Made by a program: the position numbers and the translations under genes. Shown piece by piece: positions 21,578 to 32,223 of a DNA stretch of 64,000 bases. Each line of letters starts with the position of its first letter. Within the stretch, counting starts at the first letter, position 1. The notes beneath the pieces were generated by a model, which saw only the letters and a program-made list of their open reading frames with translations, made no database searches and was not told the DNA's origin. The DNA is from Bacilli bacterium (lineage in GTDB: Bacteria; Bacillota; Bacilli; JACDOE01). Location: positions 5,354 to 69,353 of the forward strand of contig JAWLDF010000013.1 in NCBI GenBank assembly GCA_041686735.1, read 5' to 3'.

Positions 21578-23599
21578 ATGATGAGTCAAGATTCCAGATT
21601 AGAACAAACCTGTATCAATACCATCCGTACGTTATCGATTGATGCCATTGAAAAAGCCAATTCCGGACATCCCGGATTGCCGATGGGAGCAGCGCCGATG
21701 GCGTTCGCGTTATGGAGCCGATTTTTAAAACACAATCCGGCCAACCCGAAGTGGTTCGACCGTGACCGCTTTGTTCTGTCGGCTGGTCACGGATCCATGT
21801 TGCTGTACAGCATGCTTCACCTAAGTGGATACGATTTGCCTCTCGAGGAATTGAAGCAGTTTCGCCAGTGGGAAAGCCGCACGCCAGGGCATCCGGAATT
21901 CGGACATACACCGGGTGTAGAGGCGACCACCGGACCGCTGGGACAGGGTGTGTCGATGGCGGTCGGGATGGCGATGGCTGAGCGCTTCCTGGCAGCTACA
22001 TATAACCGCGAAGGTTATGACATGATCGACCATTACACCTATGCCCTTTGTGGCGACGGGGACCTGATGGAAGGGATTTCTGCAGAAGCGGCATCCTTCG
22101 CCGGTCATCTTAAACTGGGCAAATTAATCTTATTGTATGATTCCAACGATATCTCCCTTGACGGAGAAACGAAACATGCCTTTACAGAGGATGTATTAAA
22201 ACGCTATGAAGCTTACGGCTGGCAGGTTCTTCGTGTAGAAGACGGCAACGATGTCGATGCGGTTAGTCGTGCCATCGAACAGGCAAAAGCGGATGATCAG
22301 CGACCGACCTTGATTGAAGTACGCACCGTCATCGGTTATGGAAGTCCCAATATGGCGGGAACATCAAAAGTACACGGTGCTCCTCTGGGGGCGGAGGAAG
22401 CAGGGCTGACCAAACAGTCTTACGACTGGACCCATGAACCCTTCCATGTTCCGCAGGAGGTTAAGCAGTATTTTGCGGAGTTGAAGGAGCAGGGTGAGAA
22501 AGCGGAAGCTGCATGGAAGGAAAAATGGGAACAGTATCAAAAAGCCCATCCGGATCTGGCAACTCAGCTTAAACAGGCAATGGAAGGAACTTTGCCGGAA
22601 GGATGGGATCAAAATCTGCCGGTATACAACAGCGGAGACAAGGCAGTAGCGACCCGCTCCACTTCCGGAGAAGCGTTGAACGCGATTGCATCCCGTGTTC
22701 CGTGGTTTATCGGCGGTTCTGCCGATCTCGCATCTTCCAACAAAACCGAATTGAAAAACGGCGGCGTTTTTCAAGCTGATGATTACAGCGGACGCAACAT
22801 TTGGTTTGGTGTAAGAGAGCATGCAATGGGCGCTGCCCTTAACGGAATGATGTTGCACGGAGGGGTTCGCGCATTCGGAGCGACATTCTTTGTGTTTTCA
22901 GATTATCTGCGTCCGGCCATCCGTTTGTCAGCATTAATGAAGCAGCCGGTTATCTATGTATTTACCCATGACAGTATCGCTGTCGGAGAAGACGGTCCTA
23001 CCCACGAGCCGATCGAGCAACTTCCCTCCCTGCGCGCGATGCCGGGACTGACGGTGCTTCGTCCGGCCGACGCCAATGAAACTGTACAGGCCTATCGTTA
23101 TGCGATGGAGCAAAACGAGGAGCCGGTCGCACTGGTGTTAACCCGTCAAAATCTGCCGATCCTGGAAGGGACGGAGAATATGGCCCGGGATGGTGTGGCC
23201 CGCGGAGCCTATGTCCTGAGTGACCCGGCAGATGGTTCTCAACCCGAGGTGATTTTGATTGCCACCGGATCGGAAGTGAGTCTGGCTGTAGAAGCTCAAG
23301 AGACTCTGGCGGAACAGGGTGTACCGGTACGCGTGGTCAGCATGCCCAGTTGGGAATTGTTTGAGCGCCAGTCCCGGGAATATAAAGATTCTGTGCTTCC
23401 CTCTGATATTAAAAATCGTGTGGCGATTGAGATGGCCCATCCGCAGGGCTGGGAAAAATATGTGGGTGATCGCGGTGTCATTATGGGAATCGATACCTTC
23501 GGTGCGTCCGCTCCCGGATCGGTGCTCATGGAAAAATTCGGTTTTACAAAGGACCGGGTTGTAGCGGTTGTCACAGAAATGTTAAACTCCAATTCATAA
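21578..23599 (+). CDS. tkt: Transketolase
   Basis: [43 protein letters not shown]. Confidence 0.98.
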   Translation: MMSQDSRLEQTCINTIRTLSIDAIEKANSGHPGLPMGAAPMAFALWSRFLKHNPANPKWFDRDRFVLSAGHGSMLLYSMLHLSGYDLPLEELKQFRQWESRTPGHPEFGHTPGVEATTGPLGQGVSMAVGMAMAERFLAATYNREGYDMIDHYTYALCGDGDLMEGISAEAASFAGHLKLGKLILLYDSNDISLDGETKHAFTEDVLKRYEAYGWQVLRVEDGNDVDAVSRAIEQAKADDQRPTLIEVRTVIGYGSPNMAGTSKVHGAPLGAEEAGLTKQSYDWTHEPFHVPQEVKQYFAELKEQGEKAEAAWKEKWEQYQKAHPDLATQLKQAMEGTLPEGWDQNLPVYNSGDKAVATRSTSGEALNAIASRVPWFIGGSADLASSNKTELKNGGVFQADDYSGRNIWFGVREHAMGAALNGMMLHGGVRAFGATFFVFSDYLRPAIRLSALMKQPVIYVFTHDSIAVGEDGPTHEPIEQLPSLRAMPGLTVLRPADANETVQAYRYAMEQNEEPVALVLTRQNLPILEGTENMARDGVARGAYVLSDPADGSQPEVILIATGSEVSLAVEAQETLAEQGVPVRVVSMPSWELFERQSREYKDSVLPSDIKNRVAIEMAHPQGWEKYVGDRGVIMGIDTFGASAPGSVLMEKFGFTKDRVVAVVTEMLNSNS

Positions 23600-23696
23600 A
23601 AATGTCATAACTCATGAGGATAATATTGGGTTGATTTTGGTATACTTTCCTTATAGGAGATATAGTACTTAGTTAGTTCTACAAGGAGGGTTTACA

Positions 23697-24095
23697 ATGA
23701 AATGGAGTGGCTGGAAATTGTTCGCGGTAGCCGCTGCAGCCGTTCTCGTGATTTCCGGTTGTGGAGCTGCCAATGATCAGACGGAAGACCCCGCAAATGA
23801 TCAGAATCAGGAGACTCCTGCAGAAAATGGCGCAGCTGACGGAAATGGCGATACTGCTGCCGGGGATTTTGATCAAGCAGCAGCTGAACAGGTTTATCAG
23901 GCCAGTTGCCTTGCCTGCCACGGCGCTAATCTTGAAGGAAGTGTCGGTCCGCAATTGACTGATGTCGGAGCCCGTTTGAGTGTGGACGAGATTGCCGATA
24001 TCATTAAGAATGGACGTAACACCATGCCCGCACAGGCTCAGTTGTCTGATGAAGAGGTTCAGAATTTATCAGCATGGCTGGCAGCCAAGAAATAA
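23697..24095 (+). CDS. cccB: Lipoprotein cytochrome c (c551-like)
   Basis: Lipobox ISGCG, heme motif CLACH, distal MP; syntenic with cccB. Confidence 0.8.
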   Translation: MKWSGWKLFAVAAAAVLVISGCGAANDQTEDPANDQNQETPAENGAADGNGDTAAGDFDQAAAEQVYQASCLACHGANLEGSVGPQLTDVGARLSVDEIADIIKNGRNTMPAQAQLSDEEVQNLSAWLAAKK

Positions 24096-24099
24096 ATCG

Positions 24100-24184
24100 A
24101 AAAAAATAACAATCTGGATTTGATTTGCCTTTCCCTCACTTCGTTCGGACGGTCTGCATCAAATTCCAGATTGTTATTTTTTTT
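24100..24184 (+). repeat. Structured repeat copy A (left-type); also terminator of cccB
   Basis: Core GATTTGATTTGCCTTTCCCTCACTTCGTTCGGACGGTCTGCATCAAAT inside stem AAAAAAATAACAATCTGGA/TCCAGATTGTTATTTTTTT. Confidence 0.9.
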
Positions 24185-24310
24185 GGCCTCTTTTTTAAGA
24201 TATTGTTACTTTACGATGCCTTGATGATTCTCGAAGCAGAGTCGGTTCTTCCCTTGCTCGATGTGGGATCTTCTCTCCATCTCACACCTAGATGTAGAAG
24301 ACTTCCTTCG

Positions 24311-24400
24311 AAACATCCAAAAAATAAATAAACCGGATTTGATGCTGACCCGCCGAACGCATTGAGGGAAAGGCAAATCAATTCCGGTATTTTTATTTTT
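24311..24400 (-). repeat. Structured repeat copy B (right-type, inverted to A)
   Basis: Reverse complement core ATTGATTTGCCTTTCCCTCAATGCGTTCGGCGGGTCAGCATCAAAT; preceded by AAACATCCAAAAAATAAA. Confidence 0.9.
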
Positions 24401-24415
24401 CCCACATAAAAAACG

Positions 24416-24452
24416 GTTGAATTAATATACTCAAAAACGTATAATAATACAC
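24416..24452 (+). promoter_or_regulatory. SigA promoter of argC overlapped by tandem ARG (AhrC/ArgR) boxes
   Basis: TTGAAT-N17-TATAAT (24417-24445); TGAATTAATATACT and CGTATAATAATACA resemble TGNAT-W4-ATNCA. Confidence 0.75.
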
Positions 24453-24484
24453 AACTAAAAAGACAGATCAATCGGAGGAGAAAC

Positions 24485-25522
24485 ATGAAAGTCTCAATCA
24501 TCGGAACAACGGGCTACGGGGGAGCGGAACTGATACGATTTTTACAACATCATCCTCACCTCCAGATAGCAACCCTTTACGCCCATTCAAAAGAAGGAAT
24601 GAATATCGCGGAAGTTTTTCCCCATCTGAACGGCGTTCGCCGGGAATCACTGCAGGCCATTGATGTCGATCGCATTGCGGAAGAAGCGGATCTTGTTTTC
24701 TTTGCCACGCCTTCCGGAATCAGCAGTCAGCTTGCCCCGCAAATTCTCGACCGTGGCGTCAAAGTGATCGATCTTTCCGGAGATTTTCGTTTGCATACAC
24801 AGGAGATGTATCAAAAATGGTATGGGAAAGAGGGAACCGATTCTCCCTGGTTGCAGAAAGCGGTATACGGTCTGAGCGAGTGGGCGCGGGATCAGGTCCG
24901 TGAGGCGACCCTGATCGCCAATCCCGGCTGTTATCCCACCGCAACGTTGCTCGGGTTGATTCCCCTGCTTAAAAAGGGGATCATCGATCCGAACACGGTA
25001 ATTGTCGATGCCAAGTCCGGTGTATCCGGTGCGGGCAAGGGTCTCTCGCAGGCCACACATTTTTCCGAAGTCAATGACAGTATCTCTGCATACAAAGTGG
25101 GCCGCCATCAGCACATTCCGGAAATGGAACAGGTGGCAAGTGAGTATGCAGGGGAGAAGATGACACTTTCCTTCACTCCCCACCTCGTCCCAATGACACG
25201 CGGAATTTTATCCGTAATCTATGCGTCATTGACCGAGGGAATCGAGGCGAAACAATTGCAAAAGTGGTACGAGGAGGTCTATGCCGATTCTCCTTTTGTC
25301 CGAATTCGTGAGGCGGGCAGCCATCCGAAAACAAAAGAAGTGTACGGATCCAACTATTGCGATATCGCCGTTCATGTTGAGGAAAGAACGGGCAGGGTCA
25401 TCATCCTGTCTGTGATCGATAATCTGGTCAAAGGAGCGGCGGGACAGGCGATTCAAAACGCCAACCTCATGCTGGGCATCCCCGAAGAGACCGGATTGCC
25501 GATGGTACCGATTTTTCCATAA
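24485..25522 (+). CDS. argC: N-acetyl-gamma-glutamyl-phosphate reductase
   Basis: GTTGYGG, DLSGDFRL, ANPGCYPTA, SGVSGAG, IDNLVKGAAGQA. Confidence 0.97.
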   Translation: MKVSIIGTTGYGGAELIRFLQHHPHLQIATLYAHSKEGMNIAEVFPHLNGVRRESLQAIDVDRIAEEADLVFFATPSGISSQLAPQILDRGVKVIDLSGDFRLHTQEMYQKWYGKEGTDSPWLQKAVYGLSEWARDQVREATLIANPGCYPTATLLGLIPLLKKGIIDPNTVIVDAKSGVSGAGKGLSQATHFSEVNDSISAYKVGRHQHIPEMEQVASEYAGEKMTLSFTPHLVPMTRGILSVIYASLTEGIEAKQLQKWYEEVYADSPFVRIREAGSHPKTKEVYGSNYCDIAVHVEERTGRVIILSVIDNLVKGAAGQAIQNANLMLGIPEETGLPMVPIFP

Positions 25523-25617
25523 ATGAACTCAATCGGATGGTGCCGGAGAAGACGGGAAAAGCCCGGCGTCCGATCAATCAGATAAATGAAGAAGTGACGG
25601 GGCGGAGGGAAACCAGA

Positions 25618-26421
25618 ATGGATAAAGAGATTGTGGTGATCAAATGTGGCGGAAGCACACTCGATGCTCTGCCGGATTCTTTTTATGAAGAAATCGCCGC
25701 GTTAAGGGAGCGGGGCGTGGTACCGGTGATGGTGCATGGCGGAGGACCGGCCATATCCGGCATGCTGGAGCAAATGAACATCACCCCGCAGTTTGTTGAC
25801 GGGATGCGTGTGACCGATGAAGTGACGCTGCAGGTGGTGCAGATGGTGCTGATCGGGCGGATCAATAAACAGATCGTCGTCCGTATGCAGCAGGCCGCAG
25901 CCCGGGCGACAGGCGTCAGCGGGATTGACGGGGGAATACTACAGGCCGTGCCACTCAATGAATCACTCGGCTATGTTGGACGAATCACGCAGGTTAACCC
26001 GGGCCTGATCCATGACCTGATCGATAAAAATTACACTGTGGTCGTGTCTCCGCTGGCCTGTGATGGCGGGGGACAGGTGTACAACATCAACGCGGATACC
26101 GCAGCCGGTGCAATTGCAGCTGTCCTGGGGGCGCGCCAACTGGTGATGGTGACCGATGTGCCCGGGGTGATGAAACCGGACGCGGAGGGGAACAAACAGG
26201 TGTTGTCGCTCTTGTCCGAACAGGAAGTGGAATCGTTGATCGCAGACGGAGTGATTTACGGCGGTATGATTCCCAAGGTGAAGGCAGCGCTGGACGGTCT
26301 CAACCAGGGCGTTGCTGAAGTGGTCATCGTCGACGGTAAAGAGGACGGGATTTTAACGCAGGTGGTAGAACGGAAGCCTGTGGGAACACGGATTGTAAAG
26401 GACGGGGTGACGATATCATGA
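25618..26421 (+). CDS. argB: Acetylglutamate kinase
   Basis: VIKCGGS, VHGGGP, GMRVTD, YNINADTAA, GGMIPKV; start after GGAGG. Confidence 0.96.
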   Translation: MDKEIVVIKCGGSTLDALPDSFYEEIAALRERGVVPVMVHGGGPAISGMLEQMNITPQFVDGMRVTDEVTLQVVQMVLIGRINKQIVVRMQQAAARATGVSGIDGGILQAVPLNESLGYVGRITQVNPGLIHDLIDKNYTVVVSPLACDGGGQVYNINADTAAGAIAAVLGARQLVMVTDVPGVMKPDAEGNKQVLSLLSEQEVESLIADGVIYGGMIPKVKAALDGLNQGVAEVVIVDGKEDGILTQVVERKPVGTRIVKDGVTIS

Positions 26422-27686
26422 CGACAAACGAAAACCAGAATCAGAACCAGCAGAACAAACAGAGCCATTTGTTTTCCAACTATGCCAGATGGCCGCTGGC
26501 CATTGTGCGCGGCGAAGGACATTACGTCTGGGATGAGCAAGGCAAAAAATATCTCGATTTTGTGAGCGGGATTGCCGTAACTTCCCTCGGTCATGTGCCT
26601 CCTGCTGTAAAAGCAAGAGTCCAGGCGCAACTGGATACGCTGTGGCACAGTTCCAATCTGTTTCAACACCCGCTGCAGGAACAACTGGCAGTGGAACTGT
26701 GTGCCCTGAGCGGCGGACTGGACCGTGTGCTGTTCGTCAACAGCGGAGCCGAGGCCAATGAAGCGGCGATCAAACTGGTACGAAGATATATGCACAGCAT
26801 TCGCGGACAAAAAGAGCGATATGAAATCATCACTTTTGAGCAATCTTTTCACGGACGGACGCTGGCCACACTGACCGCCACCGGTCAGGCCAAAGTAAAG
26901 GACGGTTTTGCCCCGTTGCCTGAAGGATTCGTGACCGTTCCCTATCAGGATATGGAGGCGCTCAAACAGGCGATCACCCCCGGGACCGCAGCAATTATGC
27001 TGGAACTGGTTCAGGGAGAGGGCGGCGTCAATCCTGCCGATGCAGACTGGATCAAGCAGGTCAAGGAACTATGCGGGCAGCATGATCTTCTCTTAGTGAT
27101 CGATGAGGTGCAAACCGGCATCGGCCGTACGGGAACATGGTTTGCATACCAGCAGTACGACATTCTACCGGATATCGTCACCATCGCTAAAGGATTGGGA
27201 AGCGGTTTTCCGGTGGGAGCGATCATGGCGCGGGAGTACCTGGCGGAAGCATTTTCGGCCGGGACCCACGGCACCACATTCGGCGGCAACCCGCTGGCGA
27301 TGGCTGCCGGGCTGGGAACCCTGGAAACCATACGTGATCAGGAAATCCTCGATCAGGTACAGCGTACCGGGACCTATTTTATGCAAAAATTATCCGAGCT
27401 GAAACAGCACTCCCCGCTGGTAAAAGATATACGGGGGAAAGGACTTCTTATTGGAGTGGCCATGGCAATGCCGGTGGCCCGGGTGATTGAACTTGCGAGG
27501 GAAAAGGGTGTTCTATTGCTGTCGGCAGGCACGAACGTGTTAAGGATTCTGCCTCCTTTAACGGTTACCACACAGGAAATCGATCATGCCGTAGGCGTGC
27601 TGGCATCGGTTCTGGAGGAGGTACAAAAAGAAGCGGAATCCAACATCGCCGGCGGTTCGGAGGAAGTGAAGTCACCGGTCCGGTAA
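26418..27686 (+). CDS. argD: Acetylornithine aminotransferase
   Basis: YLDFVSGIAV, NSGAEANEAA, SFHGRT, DEVQTGIGRTG, HGTTFGGNP. Confidence 0.95.
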   Translation: MTTNENQNQNQQNKQSHLFSNYARWPLAIVRGEGHYVWDEQGKKYLDFVSGIAVTSLGHVPPAVKARVQAQLDTLWHSSNLFQHPLQEQLAVELCALSGGLDRVLFVNSGAEANEAAIKLVRRYMHSIRGQKERYEIITFEQSFHGRTLATLTATGQAKVKDGFAPLPEGFVTVPYQDMEALKQAITPGTAAIMLELVQGEGGVNPADADWIKQVKELCGQHDLLLVIDEVQTGIGRTGTWFAYQQYDILPDIVTIAKGLGSGFPVGAIMAREYLAEAFSAGTHGTTFGGNPLAMAAGLGTLETIRDQEILDQVQRTGTYFMQKLSELKQHSPLVKDIRGKGLLIGVAMAMPVARVIELAREKGVLLLSAGTNVLRILPPLTVTTQEIDHAVGVLASVLEEVQKEAESNIAGGSEEVKSPVR

Positions 27687-27713
27687 GATGGGTCGATCAA
27701 GGGGTGGAGAGAG

Positions 27714-28865
27714 ATGAAGAAAGAAAAGGCAAACGGATATTTACTGTTAAGCACGGGAGATGTTTTTGAGGGAAAATGGTTCGGAGCTCCGCCGACAGGT
27801 GAGGCGGTTGAAGGGGAAATGGTGTTTAACACGGGGATGACCGGATATCAGGAAGTGATGACCGATCCGTCCTATGCCGGGCAGATCGTCACTTTTACCT
27901 ATCCGCTCATCGGCAACTACGGTATCAGCGACCTTGATTTTGAAAGTGTCCGCCCTGCCCTGCATGGGATTATCATCAGTGAACTCTGCGAAGAACCGAG
28001 CCATTTTCAAGCGCAGACATCCCTGTCTGAACTGGCTGAACAGTTCGGGATTTCCGGACTTTATGATATCGATACACGCGCCCTGACCCGCCTTATCCGA
28101 CAACACGGGGAATTGTACGGCAAAATCACGATTGACCCGCAGGAAGCGGAACGCTGCAAAGTAGACGGAGGGTTTGAGGCAAAGTGGCGCACGGATTGCG
28201 TGGCGTCCGTGTCCGGTCGCGTGATCCAAACGTTTGAACCTGCTTCCGTCGGTTCGGCGGATGCCGGTGCGGTCGCAGTTGACGTGCCCCATGTGGTATT
28301 AATTGATTTCGGCCACAAAAAATCGATTTGTGATGCGCTTTTGCAGGAGGGTTGTCGCGTTACGATCGTTCCTTATGATACCACGGCGGAACAAATCGAG
28401 GACCTTGCGCCGGACGGGATTGTATTATCCAACGGACCGGGGGACCCCAAAGATGTTTCGTTTGTTTTGCCGACCATTCAGGCTCTTGCTGATCACTATC
28501 CCATGTTCGGAATCTGCCTTGGTCATCAGTTGATCGCTCTTGCCCATGGATGTGATACGGTGCGGCTTCCCTTCGGACACCGCGGCAGTAATCACCCGGT
28601 CAAAGAAGTGGCAAGCGGCAAAGTTTATATCACATCGCAAAACCACGGTTACACCGTGCATGAAGATTCCGTGCCACCGCAGGAATGGGTGGTTTCCCAC
28701 CGCAATGTGAATGACGGCTCGGTGGAAGGGATCGAACATCGTATTAAACCTGTGTCGGGTGTGCAGTTTCATCCGGAAGCCCATCCCGGACCGCAGGATA
28801 CCCATCATTTGTTTAAACGCTTTATCACGCAATGTATGTCCACGGGGGAGAAGAGTTATGCCTAA
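27714..28865 (+). CDS. carA: Carbamoyl-phosphate synthase small subunit (arginine-specific)
   Basis: FNTGMTGYQE, LSNGPGDP, GICLGHQ, QFHPEA. Confidence 0.96.
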   Translation: MKKEKANGYLLLSTGDVFEGKWFGAPPTGEAVEGEMVFNTGMTGYQEVMTDPSYAGQIVTFTYPLIGNYGISDLDFESVRPALHGIIISELCEEPSHFQAQTSLSELAEQFGISGLYDIDTRALTRLIRQHGELYGKITIDPQEAERCKVDGGFEAKWRTDCVASVSGRVIQTFEPASVGSADAGAVAVDVPHVVLIDFGHKKSICDALLQEGCRVTIVPYDTTAEQIEDLAPDGIVLSNGPGDPKDVSFVLPTIQALADHYPMFGICLGHQLIALAHGCDTVRLPFGHRGSNHPVKEVASGKVYITSQNHGYTVHEDSVPPQEWVVSHRNVNDGSVEGIEHRIKPVSGVQFHPEAHPGPQDTHHLFKRFITQCMSTGEKSYA

Positions 28866-31800
28866 ATTTGAACATATTAAAAAAGTGCTCGTGATCGGCT
28901 CCGGGCCGATTGTGATCGGGCAGGCGGCGGAGTTTGATTATGCAGGTACACAGGCCTGCCTCGCTCTCAAGGAAGAGGGCGTGGAGGTGGTACTGGTCAA
29001 CAATAATCCCGCCACGATCATGACCGATCACGAGATCGCCGATCGTATTTATATGGAACCGTTAACCGTCGCTTCCCTCTCCCGTATTATTGAGAAAGAA
29101 CGACCAGACGGGATCCTGCCTACCCTGGGCGGGCAAACGGGGTTGAATCTGGCGGTTTCTCTCTCCGACGCGGGGGTGCTGGATAAGTATGACGTGATCC
29201 TGCTGGGGACTCCGCTGGAAACGATTCGAAATGCCGAAGATCGGGAAGCGTTTAAATCGATGATGCAAAAAATCGGTGAGCCGGTACCGGAAAGCCAGAC
29301 GGTGAACACGGTGAAGGATGCACTGGAGTTTGCGGACTCAATCGGATATCCCGTGATTGTGCGCCCCGCTTATACCCTGGGTGGAGCCGGCGGCGGAATT
29401 GCTGCTGATGCGGGGGAACTGCTGGCGGTAGCCAAACGGGGAATTGATGCCAGCCCGATCGGACAGATTTTGGTGGAACGAAGTGTAAAAGGGTGGAAAG
29501 AGATCGAATATGAAGTGATGCGCGATGCCGGGGATACCTGCATCATCGTCTGCAATATGGAAAATATGGATCCGGTGGGCATTCATACCGGCGACAGCAT
29601 CGTAGTCGCCCCCTCACAGACGCTGAATGACCGTCAGTACCAGATGCTGCGGTCGGCAGCTTGTAAAGTGATCCGATCCCTCGGGGTGGTGGGGGGCTGC
29701 AATATCCAGTATGCGCTCGACCCGGAGAGTGATCAGTATTATCTGATCGAGGTCAACCCGCGGGTGAGTCGTTCCAGTGCCCTCGCCTCCAAGGCGACCG
29801 GTTATCCGATTGCACGGATCGCGGCCAAACTGGCCCTCGGTTATCATCTCGATGAAGTGACCAATCCGGTGACGGGCCACACCTACGCCAGTTTTGAACC
29901 GGCGATCGACTATGTGGTGGCGAAAATTCCGCGCTGGCCCTTTGACAAGTTTCCGCTGGCTGACCGCCGCTTAACCACACAGATGAAGGCGACGGGAGAA
30001 GTGATGGCCCTGGCCCGCAATCTGGAAGCGGCTCTGTTAAAAGCGGTACGTTCATTGGAAATCGGCGCTGATCATCTGTGGCTGCCCCATCTTTCCTCGC
30101 TTTCCCATGAGCATTTAAAAAAGGGACTGGTGGATGCGACGGACGAACGACTTTTTCTGCTGGCGGAAGTCTTTCGCAGGGGCTGGAGAGTTGCCGACAT
30201 CCACGGCCTGACCGAGATCGATCCCTTTTTCCTGCAAAAAATTGCCCGCATTGTTGAGCTGGAGCAGGCGCTGGCCACTTACACCTGGGAGGATGTGCCC
30301 CGGGAATTGCTGACGGAAGCGAAACAGAGGGGATTTTCCGATGCCTGGCTGGCGCGCAGTTTTTCCGTATCGGAGCATGAGGTTCGCTCGAGATGGCGTG
30401 AGTGGAACCGTGCTCCCGCCTACAAGTTGGTGGATACCTGTGCCGCGGAGTTTGATGCGGAGACGCCTTACTACTATTCGACCTGGCAGGGACTGGATGA
30501 AGTCGAGGTCTCCCAGGCGGGAAAAAAGGTGCTGGTGATCGGCTCCGGTCCGATCCGGATCGGGCAGGGGGTTGAGTTCGATTATTGTTCGGTTCACGCC
30601 GCGCAGTCCCTGAAGCGAAACGGGGTGGAGGCGGTTGTGGTCAACAATAATCCGGAAACGGTCAGCACCGATTTTGAAACGGCGGATCAATTGTATTTTG
30701 AACCGTTGACGGCGGAAGATGTGATCCACATCGCCGATAAAGAGAAGGTAGACGGTGTGATGGTTCAGTTCGGCGGCCAGACAGCGATCAATCTGGCGGC
30801 TGCCCTGGCCGATGCGGGACTCCATCTCTACGGAACACCGCTGGTCAGTATTGACCGCGTGGAAGACCGCGATTTGTTTTATCAGATGTTGCGGGAACTG
30901 GGTATTCCCCATATTGCGGGAACAGGGGTGCATACGGAGGCGGAGGCCCTTGCAGCAGCAGAGGAGATCGGTTATCCGGTGTTGATTCGTCCTTCATATG
31001 TGATCGGCGGTCGCGGCATGGTGGTTTTGTACGATGAGCAGCAGCTGCGACAATATCTGAGTGAGTTGCAACAGTGGGCAAGTGTGGAGCAATTGTTTCC
31101 GCTGTTGATTGATAAATATGTGGCAGGAAAAGAAGTGGAACTGGATGCCGTTTGTGACGGAGAGGATGTATTGATTCCGGGGATTTTTGAGCATGTGGAA
31201 CGGGCCGGGGTTCACTCGGGTGACAGTACGGCGGTATTCCCGTCTCCTTCCTTGTCGGATTCGCACAAGCAGATGATTGCGGATTACACACGAAAAATTG
31301 TGCGTGAGCTCGGTGCGGTCGGACTGATTAATATCCAGTGGGTGTGGGATCAGCAGGCCGATGTTATTTATGTGCTTGAGGTGAATCCGCGTGCTTCGCG
31401 AACGGTTCCGATCGTAAGCAAAATCACCGGTATTCCCATGGTTGATCTGGCGGTACAGTGCCAGCTGGGACGGTCGTTACGGAATTTGATGATGGAGTTT
31501 GAAGGTGGTCCGGAAGCTGAGGGGGCCGTTGGAACAGTCGGGTACGAAGATACTCTCGGATTGATGCCGGATATTCCTTACTATGCGGTGAAAGCACCCG
31601 TTTTTTCGACGGTGAAGTTGAATGGCGTAGATCCGGCGCTGGGACCGGAGATGAAATCAACCGGCGAGAGTCTCGGGCTGGGATTGACGGTTGAGGAAGC
31701 GATGAGCAAGGCACTGCACTGGAAAGAGGATGTCAACCCGCCGTTGCAAAAGGGAGATGCCATATTTTTATCCCTGTCGGATGGAGATAAGGCGGATGGC

Positions 31801-32223
31801 GAGGAGATCGTTTCTCACATTAAGGTGTTGGAACTGGAAGTGAGTGCGACGAAGGGAACGGCAGCGTGGCTCGAGCAACAGGGAGTGGAGGTGCAGCGAA
31901 TCATTCATGATGTGGAGGAGTTACGGCAGTGGATTTCGGAGTATCCGGAAAAACCTCCGCTGCAAATGATGTGTATTACGCCTACCCGCGGCAATGATGC
32001 GAAAAGGGCAGGTTTTGCGTTGCGACAGTTATCGCTGCAGTATCAGATTACCTGTTTTACGGCGCTGGATACGGTGAAGGCATTTCTTGGGCTTTCTGCC
32101 GCTGCGGCTGGTATTGCTGAAGTCGGTGGTACCACTGGTGCCAGGGAACCTCAACCGCGAGAATTGATGGAATATGGTCGTTTGGCTGAAAAAAATCGGG
32201 AGAAGGAAGGTGCTCACATATGA
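28858..32223 (+). CDS. carB: Carbamoyl-phosphate synthase large subunit (arginine-specific)
   Basis: MPK..VIGSGPIVIGQAAEFDYAG, duplicated GSGPIRIGQGVEFDY, EVNPR twice. Confidence 0.97.
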   Translation: MPKFEHIKKVLVIGSGPIVIGQAAEFDYAGTQACLALKEEGVEVVLVNNNPATIMTDHEIADRIYMEPLTVASLSRIIEKERPDGILPTLGGQTGLNLAVSLSDAGVLDKYDVILLGTPLETIRNAEDREAFKSMMQKIGEPVPESQTVNTVKDALEFADSIGYPVIVRPAYTLGGAGGGIAADAGELLAVAKRGIDASPIGQILVERSVKGWKEIEYEVMRDAGDTCIIVCNMENMDPVGIHTGDSIVVAPSQTLNDRQYQMLRSAACKVIRSLGVVGGCNIQYALDPESDQYYLIEVNPRVSRSSALASKATGYPIARIAAKLALGYHLDEVTNPVTGHTYASFEPAIDYVVAKIPRWPFDKFPLADRRLTTQMKATGEVMALARNLEAALLKAVRSLEIGADHLWLPHLSSLSHEHLKKGLVDATDERLFLLAEVFRRGWRVADIHGLTEIDPFFLQKIARIVELEQALATYTWEDVPRELLTEAKQRGFSDAWLARSFSVSEHEVRSRWREWNRAPAYKLVDTCAAEFDAETPYYYSTWQGLDEVEVSQAGKKVLVIGSGPIRIGQGVEFDYCSVHAAQSLKRNGVEAVVVNNNPETVSTDFETADQLYFEPLTAEDVIHIADKEKVDGVMVQFGGQTAINLAAALADAGLHLYGTPLVSIDRVEDRDLFYQMLRELGIPHIAGTGVHTEAEALAAAEEIGYPVLIRPSYVIGGRGMVVLYDEQQLRQYLSELQQWASVEQLFPLLIDKYVAGKEVELDAVCDGEDVLIPGIFEHVERAGVHSGDSTAVFPSPSLSDSHKQMIADYTRKIVRELGAVGLINIQWVWDQQADVIYVLEVNPRASRTVPIVSKITGIPMVDLAVQCQLGRSLRNLMMEFEGGPEAEGAVGTVGYEDTLGLMPDIPYYAVKAPVFSTVKLNGVDPALGPEMKSTGESLGLGLTVEEAMSKALHWKEDVNPPLQKGDAIFLSLSDGDKADGEEIVSHIKVLELEVSATKGTAAWLEQQGVEVQRIIHDVEELRQWISEYPEKPPLQMMCITPTRGNDAKRAGFALRQLSLQYQITCFTALDTVKAFLGLSAAAAGIAEVGGTTGAREPQPRELMEYGRLAEKNREKEGAHI

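Noticed and set aside
24125-24501. ORFs 24125..24331(+) and 24211..24501(-)
   Set aside because: They run through repeat hairpins and the argC promoter and lack an RBS
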